Source: a virus
Taxonomy: Duplodnaviria > Caudoviricetes
DNA: 64,000 bases
IMG/VR virus record: IMGVR_UViG_3300009873_000009
Location: 8,733-72,732 of that record
Strand: one strand, 5' to 3'
Position 1 is the stretch's first letter. The number at the start of each line of letters is the position of its first letter. Under the pieces are notes generated by a model. That model had not been told where the DNA came from and made no database searches. It was given only the letters and a program-made list of their open reading frames with translations. Below, in pieces: positions 54,347 to 63,559 of the stretch. Both the position numbers and the translations under genes were made by a program.

Positions 54347-54870
54347 CAGGACGTATCATTTCCCATGACGAGACTCTGCACGGCCTCCGCGCCGAGTCCA
54401 TCACCAAGATCGACCAGCGGACGGGCAAACGCACCGTGCGCCTCCTCCAGTACCGCGGCGACCGGCGAGCTGGAGAAGAAGTAGAGGTCCGTACGGAGCA
54501 ATTCCTTTCCGACGTCCAAGTCGTCTCCTCGATCTGCAAGAAGCGAGGCTTCGAGAAGGTCAAGGATCGCCGTTACAAGGACTGCTGCAAGGCATGCGGG
54601 CGTGGTCAGTCCGTTCTGTACGCCAATGCCCCGCCCGGCAGCTCCGGGCGCGAACAGCTTTGTCCCTCCTGCCTGCTCCAGCTGTACGGCAACGAGATTG
54701 ACGCCGTCTTCGAGGGAGGGAACGACGTCACCCGCTCGCCGGCGGGAGTCGAGTTCGTCAAGCTGGGGCTGAGCGCCGACGGCAAGTTCATGCGGGTCCG
54801 TCATTTCAAGGAGGGGTGGGAATGGGAAGTCCCCCTCGCGCACTGGCGCTCCCGCTGGACGACGGGATGA
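54343..54870 (+). CDS. hypothetical zinc-finger protein
   Basis: CCKACG...LCPSC. Confidence 0.55.
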   Translation: MTGRIISHDETLHGLRAESITKIDQRTGKRTVRLLQYRGDRRAGEEVEVRTEQFLSDVQVVSSICKKRGFEKVKDRRYKDCCKACGRGQSVLYANAPPGSSGREQLCPSCLLQLYGNEIDAVFEGGNDVTRSPAGVEFVKLGLSADGKFMRVRHFKEGWEWEVPLAHWRSRWTTG

Positions 54871-54917
54871 GGGGGGTTAAAGCCCCCTTGTGCTACAAAT
54901 GTTAGATTTGTTAGACT
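54871..54917 (+). promoter_or_regulatory. repeated sigma70-like early promoter/operator, copy 2
   Basis: GGGGGGTTAAAGCCCCCTTGTGCTACAAATGTTAGATTTGTTAGACT. Confidence 0.65.
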
Positions 54918-54961
54918 CGGGCTCCGAGTTGTTCCATAACTTCATGCCAAGGAGTTTCGTC

Positions 54962-55360
54962 ATGCCTACGCTGGAAGCCGACGTGGCCACGCTCACCGCC
55001 GAGCGGGACCAGTTTCTCGACATGCTGAACGCAATGGCTGTAACACTGGCCGGCATGAAGCTGCCGCTGAGCGGGACGTTCTCATTCCGGCGCGAGGATG
55101 CGGCAGCGACATTGCGTGACATTGTGCGGCATCTGGAAGGCGAGTGGCAGAAGATCACCGCCGAGCGGGACGCGGCTGTAGCCGAAGTGGAGGAGGCGTG
55201 CCGCCTTAATTGTGAGATGAAAGAGCTATTCGACCAAGTGTGCGACGAGCGGGACGCCTCGCGTGCGGAAGCGGCGGAACTGCGGCGGCTGGATGGGGCG
55301 AAGGCGCTCGCCGAGGCCGCAGACATCGCTGAAGCCGCAGCACGGAAGGGGGCCCGCTAA
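54962..55360 (+). CDS. coiled-coil hypothetical protein
   Basis: AAGGAG RBS; repeated TAERD motif. Confidence 0.55.
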   Translation: MPTLEADVATLTAERDQFLDMLNAMAVTLAGMKLPLSGTFSFRREDAAATLRDIVRHLEGEWQKITAERDAAVAEVEEACRLNCEMKELFDQVCDERDASRAEAAELRRLDGAKALAEAADIAEAAARKGAR

Positions 55361-55363
55361 CCT

Positions 55364-55858
55364 ATGGCAACGGTCCTCGCATACGAAGCGGCGTGCTCCA
55401 CCTACGAAGACTCGGAGGAGGTTATTCGTTCGGTGGTCCGCCGCTTTGTCCGCAAGTACGGAGGCGACAGGGACGAAGTCCTCGGCCGAGCCAATGTCCT
55501 ATTCATGGAGGCTCACGAGAAGTACGTCCCAAGTCGCGGCAGGTTCCTGCCCTGGCTCCGGTTCATGCTGTGGCGATGCCTGCATGACGAGCTGCGGAAA
55601 ACACTGTATCGCAAGAACATACTGAACCCGGTCGGGTCCGAGGGACTGGAGCTGTTCCCGGACAAGCGGTCTACGTTTGACGTCTCCGCGCTGCTGGACG
55701 AGCTGTCCGCAGACGCAGCATGTGTTGTCAACCTGACGCTGGACCAAGCGAGCGGACCAGCGTCCAAGCACCAAGTCATCATTCCATTCCTCCGTGAAGC
55801 CGGTTGGACCATCGACCGCATCATGGAATCCTTTGACGAGATCCGGAGAGCGCTATGA
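55364..55858 (+). CDS. phage sigma-70 family (ECF-like) factor
   Basis: Region 2-like ...DEV...ANVLFMEAHEKYVPSRGRFLPWLRFMLWRCLHDELRK; short region 4-like C-terminus. Confidence 0.65.
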   Translation: MATVLAYEAACSTYEDSEEVIRSVVRRFVRKYGGDRDEVLGRANVLFMEAHEKYVPSRGRFLPWLRFMLWRCLHDELRKTLYRKNILNPVGSEGLELFPDKRSTFDVSALLDELSADAACVVNLTLDQASGPASKHQVIIPFLREAGWTIDRIMESFDEIRRAL

Positions 55859-55955
55859 CAGAACTACTGAACGAGATCGCCAGGACTCGAAAGGAGTTCG
55901 TCATCTCCGTAGAACAAGCAGTCGAGCAGCTAGCCAGGATCAACGCCAATCTCCA

Positions 55956-57353
55956 ATGATCACACTCAAGCGATACCAGGAGCGAGGAGTCAGGCGCATT
56001 CGCTGGTTCATGGCTGCCGGCGGTGGCGCTCTCCTCGCGGACGAGATGGGGCTGGGGAAAACCATCCAGGCGCTCGCTTGGTTCCAGGAGGTCGTCCGGC
56101 GTCTCAAGCGCAAGGGCAAGAAGGCGGGGCCAGCGATCATCGTCTGTCCCTCCTCGGTGAAGTGGAATTGGGAGCGGGAGGCCGCCCACTTCAACCTGCT
56201 CGCGGAGGTGATTGACGGCACGCGTCCTCCCCGCCAAGCCCGAGGCCGAGCACCCATCGTGCCGGACATCTTGGTGATCAACTACGACATCCTAAAGCCC
56301 TGGCTCAAGCGCTTGCGGAAACTCAATCCGAGCGCCGTCATTATTGACGAATGTCACTACATCAAGAACCGCGGGGCAAAACGCTACCGATGGGTCAAGA
56401 GTCTGTGCCGCGGAGTGCGGCGCATCCTCGCCATCGGTGGCACGCCCCTCACGAATCGACCGGCCGAGATGTGGTCCACCCTGAACCTGCTTCGCCCGGA
56501 CATCTTTGACTCGTTCTACAGCTATGGCCTCCGCTACTGTGATCCCCAGCGCAAGCCGTGGGCATGGGAATACAAGGGGGCAACCCACCTGGACGAACTG
56601 CACGCCATCCTCAAGAAAACGTGCATGATACGCCGCCTCAAAAGCGACGTCCTCGACGAGCTGCCAGCCAAGACCCGGTTCGTCGTCCCGGTCGCGCTAA
56701 GCAAGGACGCGCGCAAGGAGTACGGCAAGGCGGAGGGGGATTTCCTGTCCTGGCTAAAACGGTATTACAGCTCCGCCAAGGTTCGCCGAGCGAACAAGGC
56801 ACAACGACTGGTGAAGCACGGCTACCTGAAGCGCCTCGCGGGAACCCTCAAGCTCCCCGAGGTGTTCCGCTGGCTGGACGACCTATTGGAGCAGAGCGAC
56901 GGGAAGGTTATCGTCTTTGCCGTCCACAAGAAGATCATCTCCGCGCTGCGGGAGCGGTACGGAAAGCTGGCCGTGGTGATCGACGGTTCTGTCACCGGGC
57001 GCGAGCGTCAGCGAGCCGTGGACAAGTTTCACCGCAGCAAGAAAGTACGGATGATGATCGGTAACATCCAAGCCGCGGGCGTTGGATGGAACGGCACAGT
57101 CGCCAATACCGTGGTGTTTGCCGAGCTCGGATGGACGCCAGGAGAGCACACACAGGCGGAGGACCGCGCTCACCGTATGACGCAGAAGAAGAACGTCTCG
57201 ATATACTACCTAGTGGCGCGAGGGACCGTGGAGGAGAAACTCTGCAAGCTCATCCAGAAGAAGCAAGAGGTTCTCTCCTCGACGCTCGACGGTCACAAGG
57301 CCAACACGCTGGACATCTATAAGCAGCTGGAACGGTTCCTGCTGCGGGCGTAA
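55956..57353 (+). CDS. SNF2-family (SF2) helicase
   Basis: LLADEMGLGKT, IIDECH, GGTPLTN, KVIVF, G.NGT.A, QAEDRAHR. Confidence 0.92.
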   Translation: MITLKRYQERGVRRIRWFMAAGGGALLADEMGLGKTIQALAWFQEVVRRLKRKGKKAGPAIIVCPSSVKWNWEREAAHFNLLAEVIDGTRPPRQARGRAPIVPDILVINYDILKPWLKRLRKLNPSAVIIDECHYIKNRGAKRYRWVKSLCRGVRRILAIGGTPLTNRPAEMWSTLNLLRPDIFDSFYSYGLRYCDPQRKPWAWEYKGATHLDELHAILKKTCMIRRLKSDVLDELPAKTRFVVPVALSKDARKEYGKAEGDFLSWLKRYYSSAKVRRANKAQRLVKHGYLKRLAGTLKLPEVFRWLDDLLEQSDGKVIVFAVHKKIISALRERYGKLAVVIDGSVTGRERQRAVDKFHRSKKVRMMIGNIQAAGVGWNGTVANTVVFAELGWTPGEHTQAEDRAHRMTQKKNVSIYYLVARGTVEEKLCKLIQKKQEVLSSTLDGHKANTLDIYKQLERFLLRA

Positions 57354-57514
57354 CTCCGGGAGGTTCGGTATGGAACGAGTTGACGAGTTGGGTTGCAAAG
57401 CTGCCGCCCTTTTGATCCTGATGGACCATAACGACCGCCTCATCATCCCGTCCCGTGATGAGTGGATAGGTATTCACCTGCTCGAAAGAGACGGCGAGCT
57501 CAAAAGGAAAACCA

Positions 57515-57760
57515 ATGGACAATCGAAACACGGCAACGCTGTTCATCCGAGCGCTGCCGCCGGCGCTGAAGGATGCGTTCAAAGCGTGGTGCGCTCGTCG
57601 TGGGATGTCTATGACGCAGTGCATAACTGACATGATGCGGCGTATGATCCAGGAGGACGAGAAGGATGCCGCAGCACATCGAAGACATACTGCGAACGCT
57701 GGGCGTGGCATACGTCACGGAAGGGCACGAGCACTGCCGTCCGGGATGGGTGCAACTTGA
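57515..57760 (+). CDS. ribbon-helix-helix DNA-binding protein
   Basis: TLFIRALPPALKDAFKAWCARRGMSMTQCITDMM; the 3' end overlaps the primase gene. Confidence 0.6.
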   Translation: MDNRNTATLFIRALPPALKDAFKAWCARRGMSMTQCITDMMRRMIQEDEKDAAAHRRHTANAGRGIRHGRARALPSGMGAT

Positions 57761-58538
57761 CTGTCCCTTCTGTAGCAAGGGGTGGCGTCACTGGCGCATG
57801 GGATATTCCCTCGCCGGGCGATACGTCAACTGCTGGGCGTGCGGTCCTCACGGACTGGTCGAGACGCTCGTCGCGGCCTCGGAACGTCCCTGGCGAGAGA
57901 TCAAGGCGCTGCTCGGCGACCTGGCCTCCAAGCCTGTGCCGGAGCGGCCGCGGGGAACCCTCATCCTCCCGAAGGGTGTCGGTCCCTTACTGCCGGCGCA
58001 TGTCAAGTATCTCAAGAGGAGGGGGTTTGATCCGGACGAGATCATCAAGGTATGGCGAGTCCAAGGTCTCGGCCTTGTCCCCGACCTGCGGTGGCGGTTG
58101 TTTATCCCGATCTACCACCAGGGGGAGGTTGTGTCTTGGACCACCAGAAGCATCTCAGACACGCACTCACTGCGGTATCGGAGTGCTGGACTCCTCGAGG
58201 AGTCCCTGCCGCACAAGGAGCTGTTGTACGGGGAAGATTACGTTCGTCACTGCGTCCTGGTTCAGGAGGGGCCCCTAGACGCCTGGCGTATAGGACCAGG
58301 GGCGGTGGCTACCTGTGGGACGGGATTCAGTAGGGCGCAGGTAAACCGCCTGTCCCGTTTCCCCGTTAGAGTAGTGTGTTTCGACAATGAACCGGAGGCA
58401 CAGAAGCGAGCGCGGCAATTATGCGACCTGCTCGAAGTGTTTCCGGGAGAGACCTACAACGTGCGCTTCTCGGCGAAAGACGCCAGCCGGTCGAGCGAGC
58501 GCGAGATTCGAAGGCTGCGTAGAACCTTTCTGGAGTGA
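57666..58538 (+). CDS. DNA primase (zinc finger + TOPRIM)
   Basis: CPFC...NCWACG, YLKRRG, VQEGPLDAW, VCFDNEPEA, KDA. Confidence 0.88.
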   Translation: MPQHIEDILRTLGVAYVTEGHEHCRPGWVQLDCPFCSKGWRHWRMGYSLAGRYVNCWACGPHGLVETLVAASERPWREIKALLGDLASKPVPERPRGTLILPKGVGPLLPAHVKYLKRRGFDPDEIIKVWRVQGLGLVPDLRWRLFIPIYHQGEVVSWTTRSISDTHSLRYRSAGLLEESLPHKELLYGEDYVRHCVLVQEGPLDAWRIGPGAVATCGTGFSRAQVNRLSRFPVRVVCFDNEPEAQKRARQLCDLLEVFPGETYNVRFSAKDASRSSEREIRRLRRTFLE

Positions 58539-58542
58539 TGCC

Positions 58543-58752
58543 ATGCCACGCCAGCTACAGCTTTATGGACTGTTCGACAGGGACGGCAACCTCATCCGTG
58601 AGCTTCGCCGGACCAAGGAGGCGGCCAAGAAAATGCAAACCCGGCTGCGAGGACGGCAGGAACTGGTTCCGCTCCCCGACTACACCACGCCCTACTGCGA
58701 GGGCTGTCTCCGCTCACGGGATCGTTGTGTCTGCAACGATCCGGGGAGGTAG
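58543..58752 (+). CDS. small Cys-containing hypothetical protein
   Basis: YCEGC....CVC; GGAG RBS. Confidence 0.5.
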   Translation: MPRQLQLYGLFDRDGNLIRELRRTKEAAKKMQTRLRGRQELVPLPDYTTPYCEGCLRSRDRCVCNDPGR

Positions 58753-58932
58753 CCTTGATCCTCCAGGTCGAATACTGTATCTGGTCCACCCCGATCTATC
58801 GCTACCAAGACGAGGACGGAGACTACCGAACCGCCACCAAGCTGGAACAGGTCCGCGAGCGGGCCAAGAAACTCGGCTACGCTGGCATCCATCTCATCCC
58901 CATCTCCATCACAGACTCTGCGAGGCATCACC

Positions 58933-60054
58933 GTGGACCATCCAAGCAAGCACTTCCGCGGCATCTGGATTCCCGAGGAAGTGGTCAGTCTGGTGGAGAG
59001 CGGGGAACTGTCAGGGACCGAGATGCTGCTTCTCGCTCTAATTGAATCCTACGTGTCCGAGGAACACGGATGCCGAACCAGCTACGACTATCTGGCGGAG
59101 CGTATTGCCCTATCCCCGCAGCGTACTCGCAAGATCATAAGCGGGTTGCGTTTGCGGGAACTGGTGTTCGTAGGGAAGTCGGATGGTCGGGGAGTGGAGT
59201 TGTTTACATGCTGGTCGCGAGTGGTCAGAAATGACCACTCTGAGTGGTCAGAAATGACCAAGGGGCACAGCCGATCCGGTTCTAGGGGTACTCTCCCCTT
59301 TAGGGGGAGAGTTACCCCTAAAAAATCAACAGGCAAGCGCGTTCGTGGTTTTGGGTTGGTTGAAGAGGTCCAGGAGGAAGACATCAGCATCGCCAGAAGT
59401 TACAAGGAGATCATCAACACCAAGACCAGTCGAGTCGCCAGCTGGTCGCCCAAGAAGCAGGCCGGGGAGTTCGCCAAGCTCCGGAAGGCGGTGGGCGCGG
59501 AGCGCCTGGCCGCCGTTCTCGAGTGGTATGTCAAGAACATCAAGAAGGCCAAGTCCCTCAAGCTACCGATCGCCGCCAGCCCGTCACAGTTCCGCAAGCG
59601 GTTTGACTGGATTGAAGACATCATGAGCAGGCTTGTCGCCAAGGACGTTCAGGTGACTCCTGCCGCTGCCGAGCTTGCTAAGAAGATCACAGCAACCAAT
59701 CCCTGGCCCAAGGGGAAGGAACAGATACCAGTGGTGGTCCAACGGAGCTGGAATGCGTATGACGAATTCAAGCAGCGTGCCAGGTCCAGGCTCGAGGTGA
59801 GGGACCGGAACCTGCTTGAGATGATGACCGGCATCTACCGGAAGTCAGAAGGCTTCGTTGAGCACTGGTTTAACGAGGTCTGCCGGTCGATCAAGAATTG
59901 GAAGGAGTGGTCGGGAGACCTCGAGCCTTTCGTCTTCAGTCCCTCCCACTCTCGCTTCCGGAGGATGGCTATCAGCGAGGCGACTCGGTGCGCCGGGCGG
60001 TCCGGCGAACAGCTATGGGATAAGCTGCTAGGAACCCTAGGATATGAAAATTGA
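58933..60054 (+). CDS. replication initiator (lambda O-like, N-terminal winged HTH)
   Basis: FRGIWIPEEV...TEMLLLALIES...SYDYLAERIALS..RTRKIISGL; directly upstream of the DnaB-like helicase; carries iteron-like repeats. Confidence 0.7.
   Translation: MDHPSKHFRGIWIPEEVVSLVESGELSGTEMLLLALIESYVSEEHGCRTSYDYLAERIALSPQRTRKIISGLRLRELVFVGKSDGRGVELFTCWSRVVRNDHSEWSEMTKGHSRSGSRGTLPFRGRVTPKKSTGKRVRGFGLVEEVQEEDISIARSYKEIINTKTSRVASWSPKKQAGEFAKLRKAVGAERLAAVLEWYVKNIKKAKSLKLPIAASPSQFRKRFDWIEDIMSRLVAKDVQVTPAAAELAKKITATNPWPKGKEQIPVVVQRSWNAYDEFKQRARSRLEVRDRNLLEMMTGIYRKSEGFVEHWFNEVCRSIKNWKEWSGDLEPFVFSPSHSRFRRMAISEATRCAGRSGEQLWDKLLGTLGYEN
59219..59326. other. candidate replication origin inside initiator gene
   Basis: Two copies of GAGTGGTCAGAAATGACCA (23-bp period, each palindromic); 16-bp inverted repeat 59283-59320; A-tract. 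Confidence 0.6.
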
Positions 60055-61444
60055 GAAACGGGACGGCGCTCAGGAGCGCCGCGTCCTGATTGGTATGCTT
60101 GTAGACCCCTCCGTGCTCGGATGGGTCGCCGGTCGATGGGACAGGAAAGCCGGTCTGTTCCGCAACGACTGGTCCAACCTCATCGGCAACTGGTGTGTAG
60201 ACTACTTCAATCGCTACGGCGAGGCCCCCGGCCAAGCCATCGAAGGGATGTTTGAATCCTGGGTGGACAAGGCGAATCGAGACAAGGACACCGTCGCCCT
60301 CATTGATAGATTTCTCAAGTCCCTGTCCGAGGAGTACGAAGGTCTGGCCGAGGAGAGCAACCCCCAATTCGTCATAGATACCGCGGCGGAGTATTTCAAC
60401 AAGATCGGACTGCTCAAGCTGGCCGAGGCCATCAACGGCGACGTAGACTCCGGTGAGCTGGAGAAGGCGCAACAGCGTGTCCATGCCTTCGGGCGGGTGG
60501 ATTCCAAGACGAGCGGGAGCGTGGACGTACTACTTGACCAAGCCGCCATCCGTGAGGCTTTCGAGTCCAAGTCCGAGCCGCTCATTCGTTACCCCGGAGC
60601 GCTCGGCAACTTCTTCAACGACGCTCTGGAACGGGATGCGTTTGTGGCGTTCATGGGTCCGGAGAAGCGAGGGAAGACCTGGTGGCTGTTGGACGTTGCC
60701 TGGCGTGGGTTGTTGCAGCGACGCAAAGTTGCGTTCTTTGAAGTCGGGGACATGAGCCAGAACCAGATCATGCGCCGGTTCATGTCACGTGCTGCCCGCC
60801 GCCCCCTCCGGCCCGGACTGGTCCGATACCCTAAGCACCTGGAGCACGTGCCGGACTCCCCGTATACGATCGAGTTCGAGGAGCGCAACTTCGAGAAACC
60901 GCTTGGCTGGCGGAGCGCCTGGAGAGCTTGCCGTGACGTCCTGGAACGGAAGGTCAAGTCAGAGCACTCCCTGCTGAAGCTGGTCTGCGCTCCCAATTCC
61001 ACCCTAAGTGTGCCAGGGATTAGTTCCATCCTTCAAACTTGGGAGCGACAGGACTGGATACCGGACGTCATTGTGATTGACTATGCGGACATTCTAGCAC
61101 CCATCAGCGGCTACACCGAGTCCCGAGACCAGATCAATGCCACTTGGAAGGCCCTGCGAGCGCTCTCCCAGTCCACCCACTGCCTGGTGGTGACGGCGAC
61201 ACAGAGCGATGCCGAGTCGTACGGCGTTGAGGTGCTCGGCCGGCGTAACTTCAGCGAGGACAAGCGTAAGCTGGCCCACGTGACGGGCATGGTAGGGTTG
61301 AACGCCGACGAGTCCGAGAAGCGAGACGGCGTGATGCGGTTGAACTGGGTGGTGTTGCGCGAGGGGGAGTTCTCCGAGACGAAGTGCGTTTACGTGGCGG
61401 GGTGCCTGCACGTGGCCAATCCCGCGGTTCTTTCAACCTTCTAA
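60044..61444 (+). CDS. dnaB: DnaB-like replicative helicase
   Basis: GPEKRGKT, FFEVGDM, PDVIVIDYADIL, VVTATQS, SED.RK. Confidence 0.85.
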   Translation: MKIEKRDGAQERRVLIGMLVDPSVLGWVAGRWDRKAGLFRNDWSNLIGNWCVDYFNRYGEAPGQAIEGMFESWVDKANRDKDTVALIDRFLKSLSEEYEGLAEESNPQFVIDTAAEYFNKIGLLKLAEAINGDVDSGELEKAQQRVHAFGRVDSKTSGSVDVLLDQAAIREAFESKSEPLIRYPGALGNFFNDALERDAFVAFMGPEKRGKTWWLLDVAWRGLLQRRKVAFFEVGDMSQNQIMRRFMSRAARRPLRPGLVRYPKHLEHVPDSPYTIEFEERNFEKPLGWRSAWRACRDVLERKVKSEHSLLKLVCAPNSTLSVPGISSILQTWERQDWIPDVIVIDYADILAPISGYTESRDQINATWKALRALSQSTHCLVVTATQSDAESYGVEVLGRRNFSEDKRKLAHVTGMVGLNADESEKRDGVMRLNWVVLREGEFSETKCVYVAGCLHVANPAVLSTF

Positions 61445-61453
61445 GGTCGAAAA

Positions 61454-62035
61454 ATGAATGAGCAGATCAAGTGGCTCAAAAGTACGTTCCTCAACTTTGA
61501 TATGCGGGCGATCAGAGAGGTCATGACAAAGTACGGCGTCTCCGAAGCGGACGCGATGGTCGAGCTCGCTACGGCACCGCCAGAGGTGGTCTTCTACACC
61601 CAGCCTCCCGACCCGAAGCCGTCAATGGGTGTTCTGGACGCGATATCCATTGACTACGCTGCGTCACCAATGAGCGTTCTGAAGGCTCTGGCCTTCGCCA
61701 CCCAAGGCGGTGTGACCATTCGAGTCATTGAGATCGGTCACGGAGCCTATAGCTTGGAAGCGACTTTGGACTCCCGAGACCTGACCATAGATCAGGCATG
61801 TGTGGCTGAGACTGTCACGACTACCATAAAGGAGCTGGTGGATAAGCTGTACCGGATGGCTCGGGAGAAGGTTCAACCCCCTCCCCCAGCACTCAAGCCC
61901 TACTTCAAGCCTCTTGATGGCGGACTGCCTCCCGAGTGCAAGCCTTGTGTCAAATGCGGCGAGAACGCAGGGCCGGGGCGCTGGGGACGGAAGTGCAAGA
62001 AGTGTCTCGTCGTTGATGGACCTGTTCGTTTCTGA
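61454..62035 (+). CDS. hypothetical protein with C-terminal CxxC motifs
   Basis: 193 aa; CVKCG...CKKC. Confidence 0.55.
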   Translation: MNEQIKWLKSTFLNFDMRAIREVMTKYGVSEADAMVELATAPPEVVFYTQPPDPKPSMGVLDAISIDYAASPMSVLKALAFATQGGVTIRVIEIGHGAYSLEATLDSRDLTIDQACVAETVTTTIKELVDKLYRMAREKVQPPPPALKPYFKPLDGGLPPECKPCVKCGENAGPGRWGRKCKKCLVVDGPVRF

Positions 62036-62053
62036 GTCCCGGAGTTTCATGCC

Positions 62054-62302
62054 ATGCTAAGTGAATACGCGCGCACATTGAATGAGATCGTAGACAAGAT
62101 CTACGATACCGCGGCCGAGCTGGAGATGACGGACGTGGAGCTCGGCGAGAAGGCCAAGCTTTGCCCAGCGACTATCTACCGTCTCGCCCATCGAATCACC
62201 AAGGAGCCTCGCTTTTCGACGGTATGGAAGCTGTGCAAGGCTGTAGGCCTCACCTTGACGGTTGCCCAACAGAAGGCGATGCGGAAACGCAGAGCGGCGT
62301 GA
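62054..62302 (+). CDS. XRE-family HTH transcriptional regulator
   Basis: MTDVELGEKAKLCPATIYRL....TKEPRFSTVWKLCKAVGL. Confidence 0.75.
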   Translation: MLSEYARTLNEIVDKIYDTAAELEMTDVELGEKAKLCPATIYRLAHRITKEPRFSTVWKLCKAVGLTLTVAQQKAMRKRRAA

Positions 62303-62370
62303 GTTCGACCGTCACGACTAACTAGATTGGCGCTGGCGTTTTCCAGTTTCCCCAACTTAGGAGACGTGAC

Positions 62371-62742
62371 ATGATTGCTTTCGTGCTGATGTTCCTGGCG
62401 GCGGACGTACAGCCTCCCCAGGTCGGCGAGGTGTACGACGTCAAAGGGTCCGTATTCGCGGCCAAGTCCCTCCTCCATGTCGAGGAGCTCGGCAAGGCGA
62501 TGCTCGCCAAGGACAGCGAGGGAGTAGTGGACATGGTCGAGAAGGGGTCCGCGATGTTCTTCGGTCCTCGTGCCGGCGGCGCGTGGGTGTTGCGGGTTCT
62601 CGAGGTTAAGAACGCGGACGCTTTCAACCGATACCCCTACGTGGAGTGTCGGTTGCTACGAGACGGGAAGGTGGTCGGCACTGTGTTCGTTTTCCAGGTC
62701 TACTTCAAAGACCGTACCGTGATAAGGAAGGAGGGCGGATGA
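62371..62742 (+). CDS. hypothetical protein with N-terminal hydrophobic segment
   Basis: MIAFVLMFLAAD; AGGAG RBS. Confidence 0.55.
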   Translation: MIAFVLMFLAADVQPPQVGEVYDVKGSVFAAKSLLHVEELGKAMLAKDSEGVVDMVEKGSAMFFGPRAGGAWVLRVLEVKNADAFNRYPYVECRLLRDGKVVGTVFVFQVYFKDRTVIRKEGG

Positions 62743-63455
62743 GGAAACCCAAGAAGTTCAAGAAGGTCCGCACCGAGAAAGAGAAACAGCGTGACTTCAA
62801 GTTTGCTCGTGACGAGCCGGTCAAGGAGACCAGCTTGGACGAGAAACTCGCGCAGTTGGACGGTCGTGAGGTTCTCGAGGTGCGGATGGGGGAAGACGAC
62901 GTCGGGTGGGAGTTTCGAGTCAAAGACATGAAGGAGACGCTAGGGTGCCTCGCACTCACGTTCCTCTGGAACCCGAAGCCGAAAGACTCGGAAGACTATG
63001 ACGTGCTCCTGCTCGGCGGAGTCCCCTACCTCGTCCGCGGCAAGCAGCTGCTGAAGTTGCGGCGGTTGATCGCCATGCAAAGCATGGAGGATCAGGAACG
63101 TCACAACGGCATCCCAGGGACGAGGACCAAGGACGGCAGACTGCAGTGGGTTGGCCCTGGCGTATGTCCGGAGGATGTCTACGCCAAGATCGAAGGACGC
63201 TCGGCCAAGACGCAACAGGAGAGCGGGAAGCGGGATAAGGTTTTCGGGTTTCCCGCAACCGCTGTCCTGCGTTGGATGGGGAAGGAGGGATGGAGCAAGG
63301 CGGAGGCGAGGAAAGCGTTGGACAGCCTCGGTGCGGAGGTTGCAGACGCGACTATAGCGGCCCAGCTCCGGGCGGGGGCGACAGGCGAGCGGGGACCACC
63401 TGCCGCACTCTCGTCTTCCCAGGAAAACGACCTCTATACCGCAGCAGCTCAATGA
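62739..63455 (+). CDS. hypothetical protein with C-terminal shared 'RWMG' domain
   Basis: FGFPATAVLRWMGKEGWSKAEARKALDSLG...DATIAAQLRAG..GERGPPAAL. Confidence 0.65.
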   Translation: MRKPKKFKKVRTEKEKQRDFKFARDEPVKETSLDEKLAQLDGREVLEVRMGEDDVGWEFRVKDMKETLGCLALTFLWNPKPKDSEDYDVLLLGGVPYLVRGKQLLKLRRLIAMQSMEDQERHNGIPGTRTKDGRLQWVGPGVCPEDVYAKIEGRSAKTQQESGKRDKVFGFPATAVLRWMGKEGWSKAEARKALDSLGAEVADATIAAQLRAGATGERGPPAALSSSQENDLYTAAAQ

Positions 63456-63469
63456 TTTTTTGACCCCCC

Positions 63470-63498
63470 TTGCTTGCTCATCCCGATTAGAGTAGCAT
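63470..63498 (+). promoter_or_regulatory. sigma70-like promoter
   Basis: TTGCTT-17-TAGCAT upstream of ORF 63560. Confidence 0.5.
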
Positions 63499-63559
63499 AG
63501 CGTGCGTTTTCACCTTACCTTGCCGGGCCTCACCGCCTGGCGCATCTAGGAGACCTACG

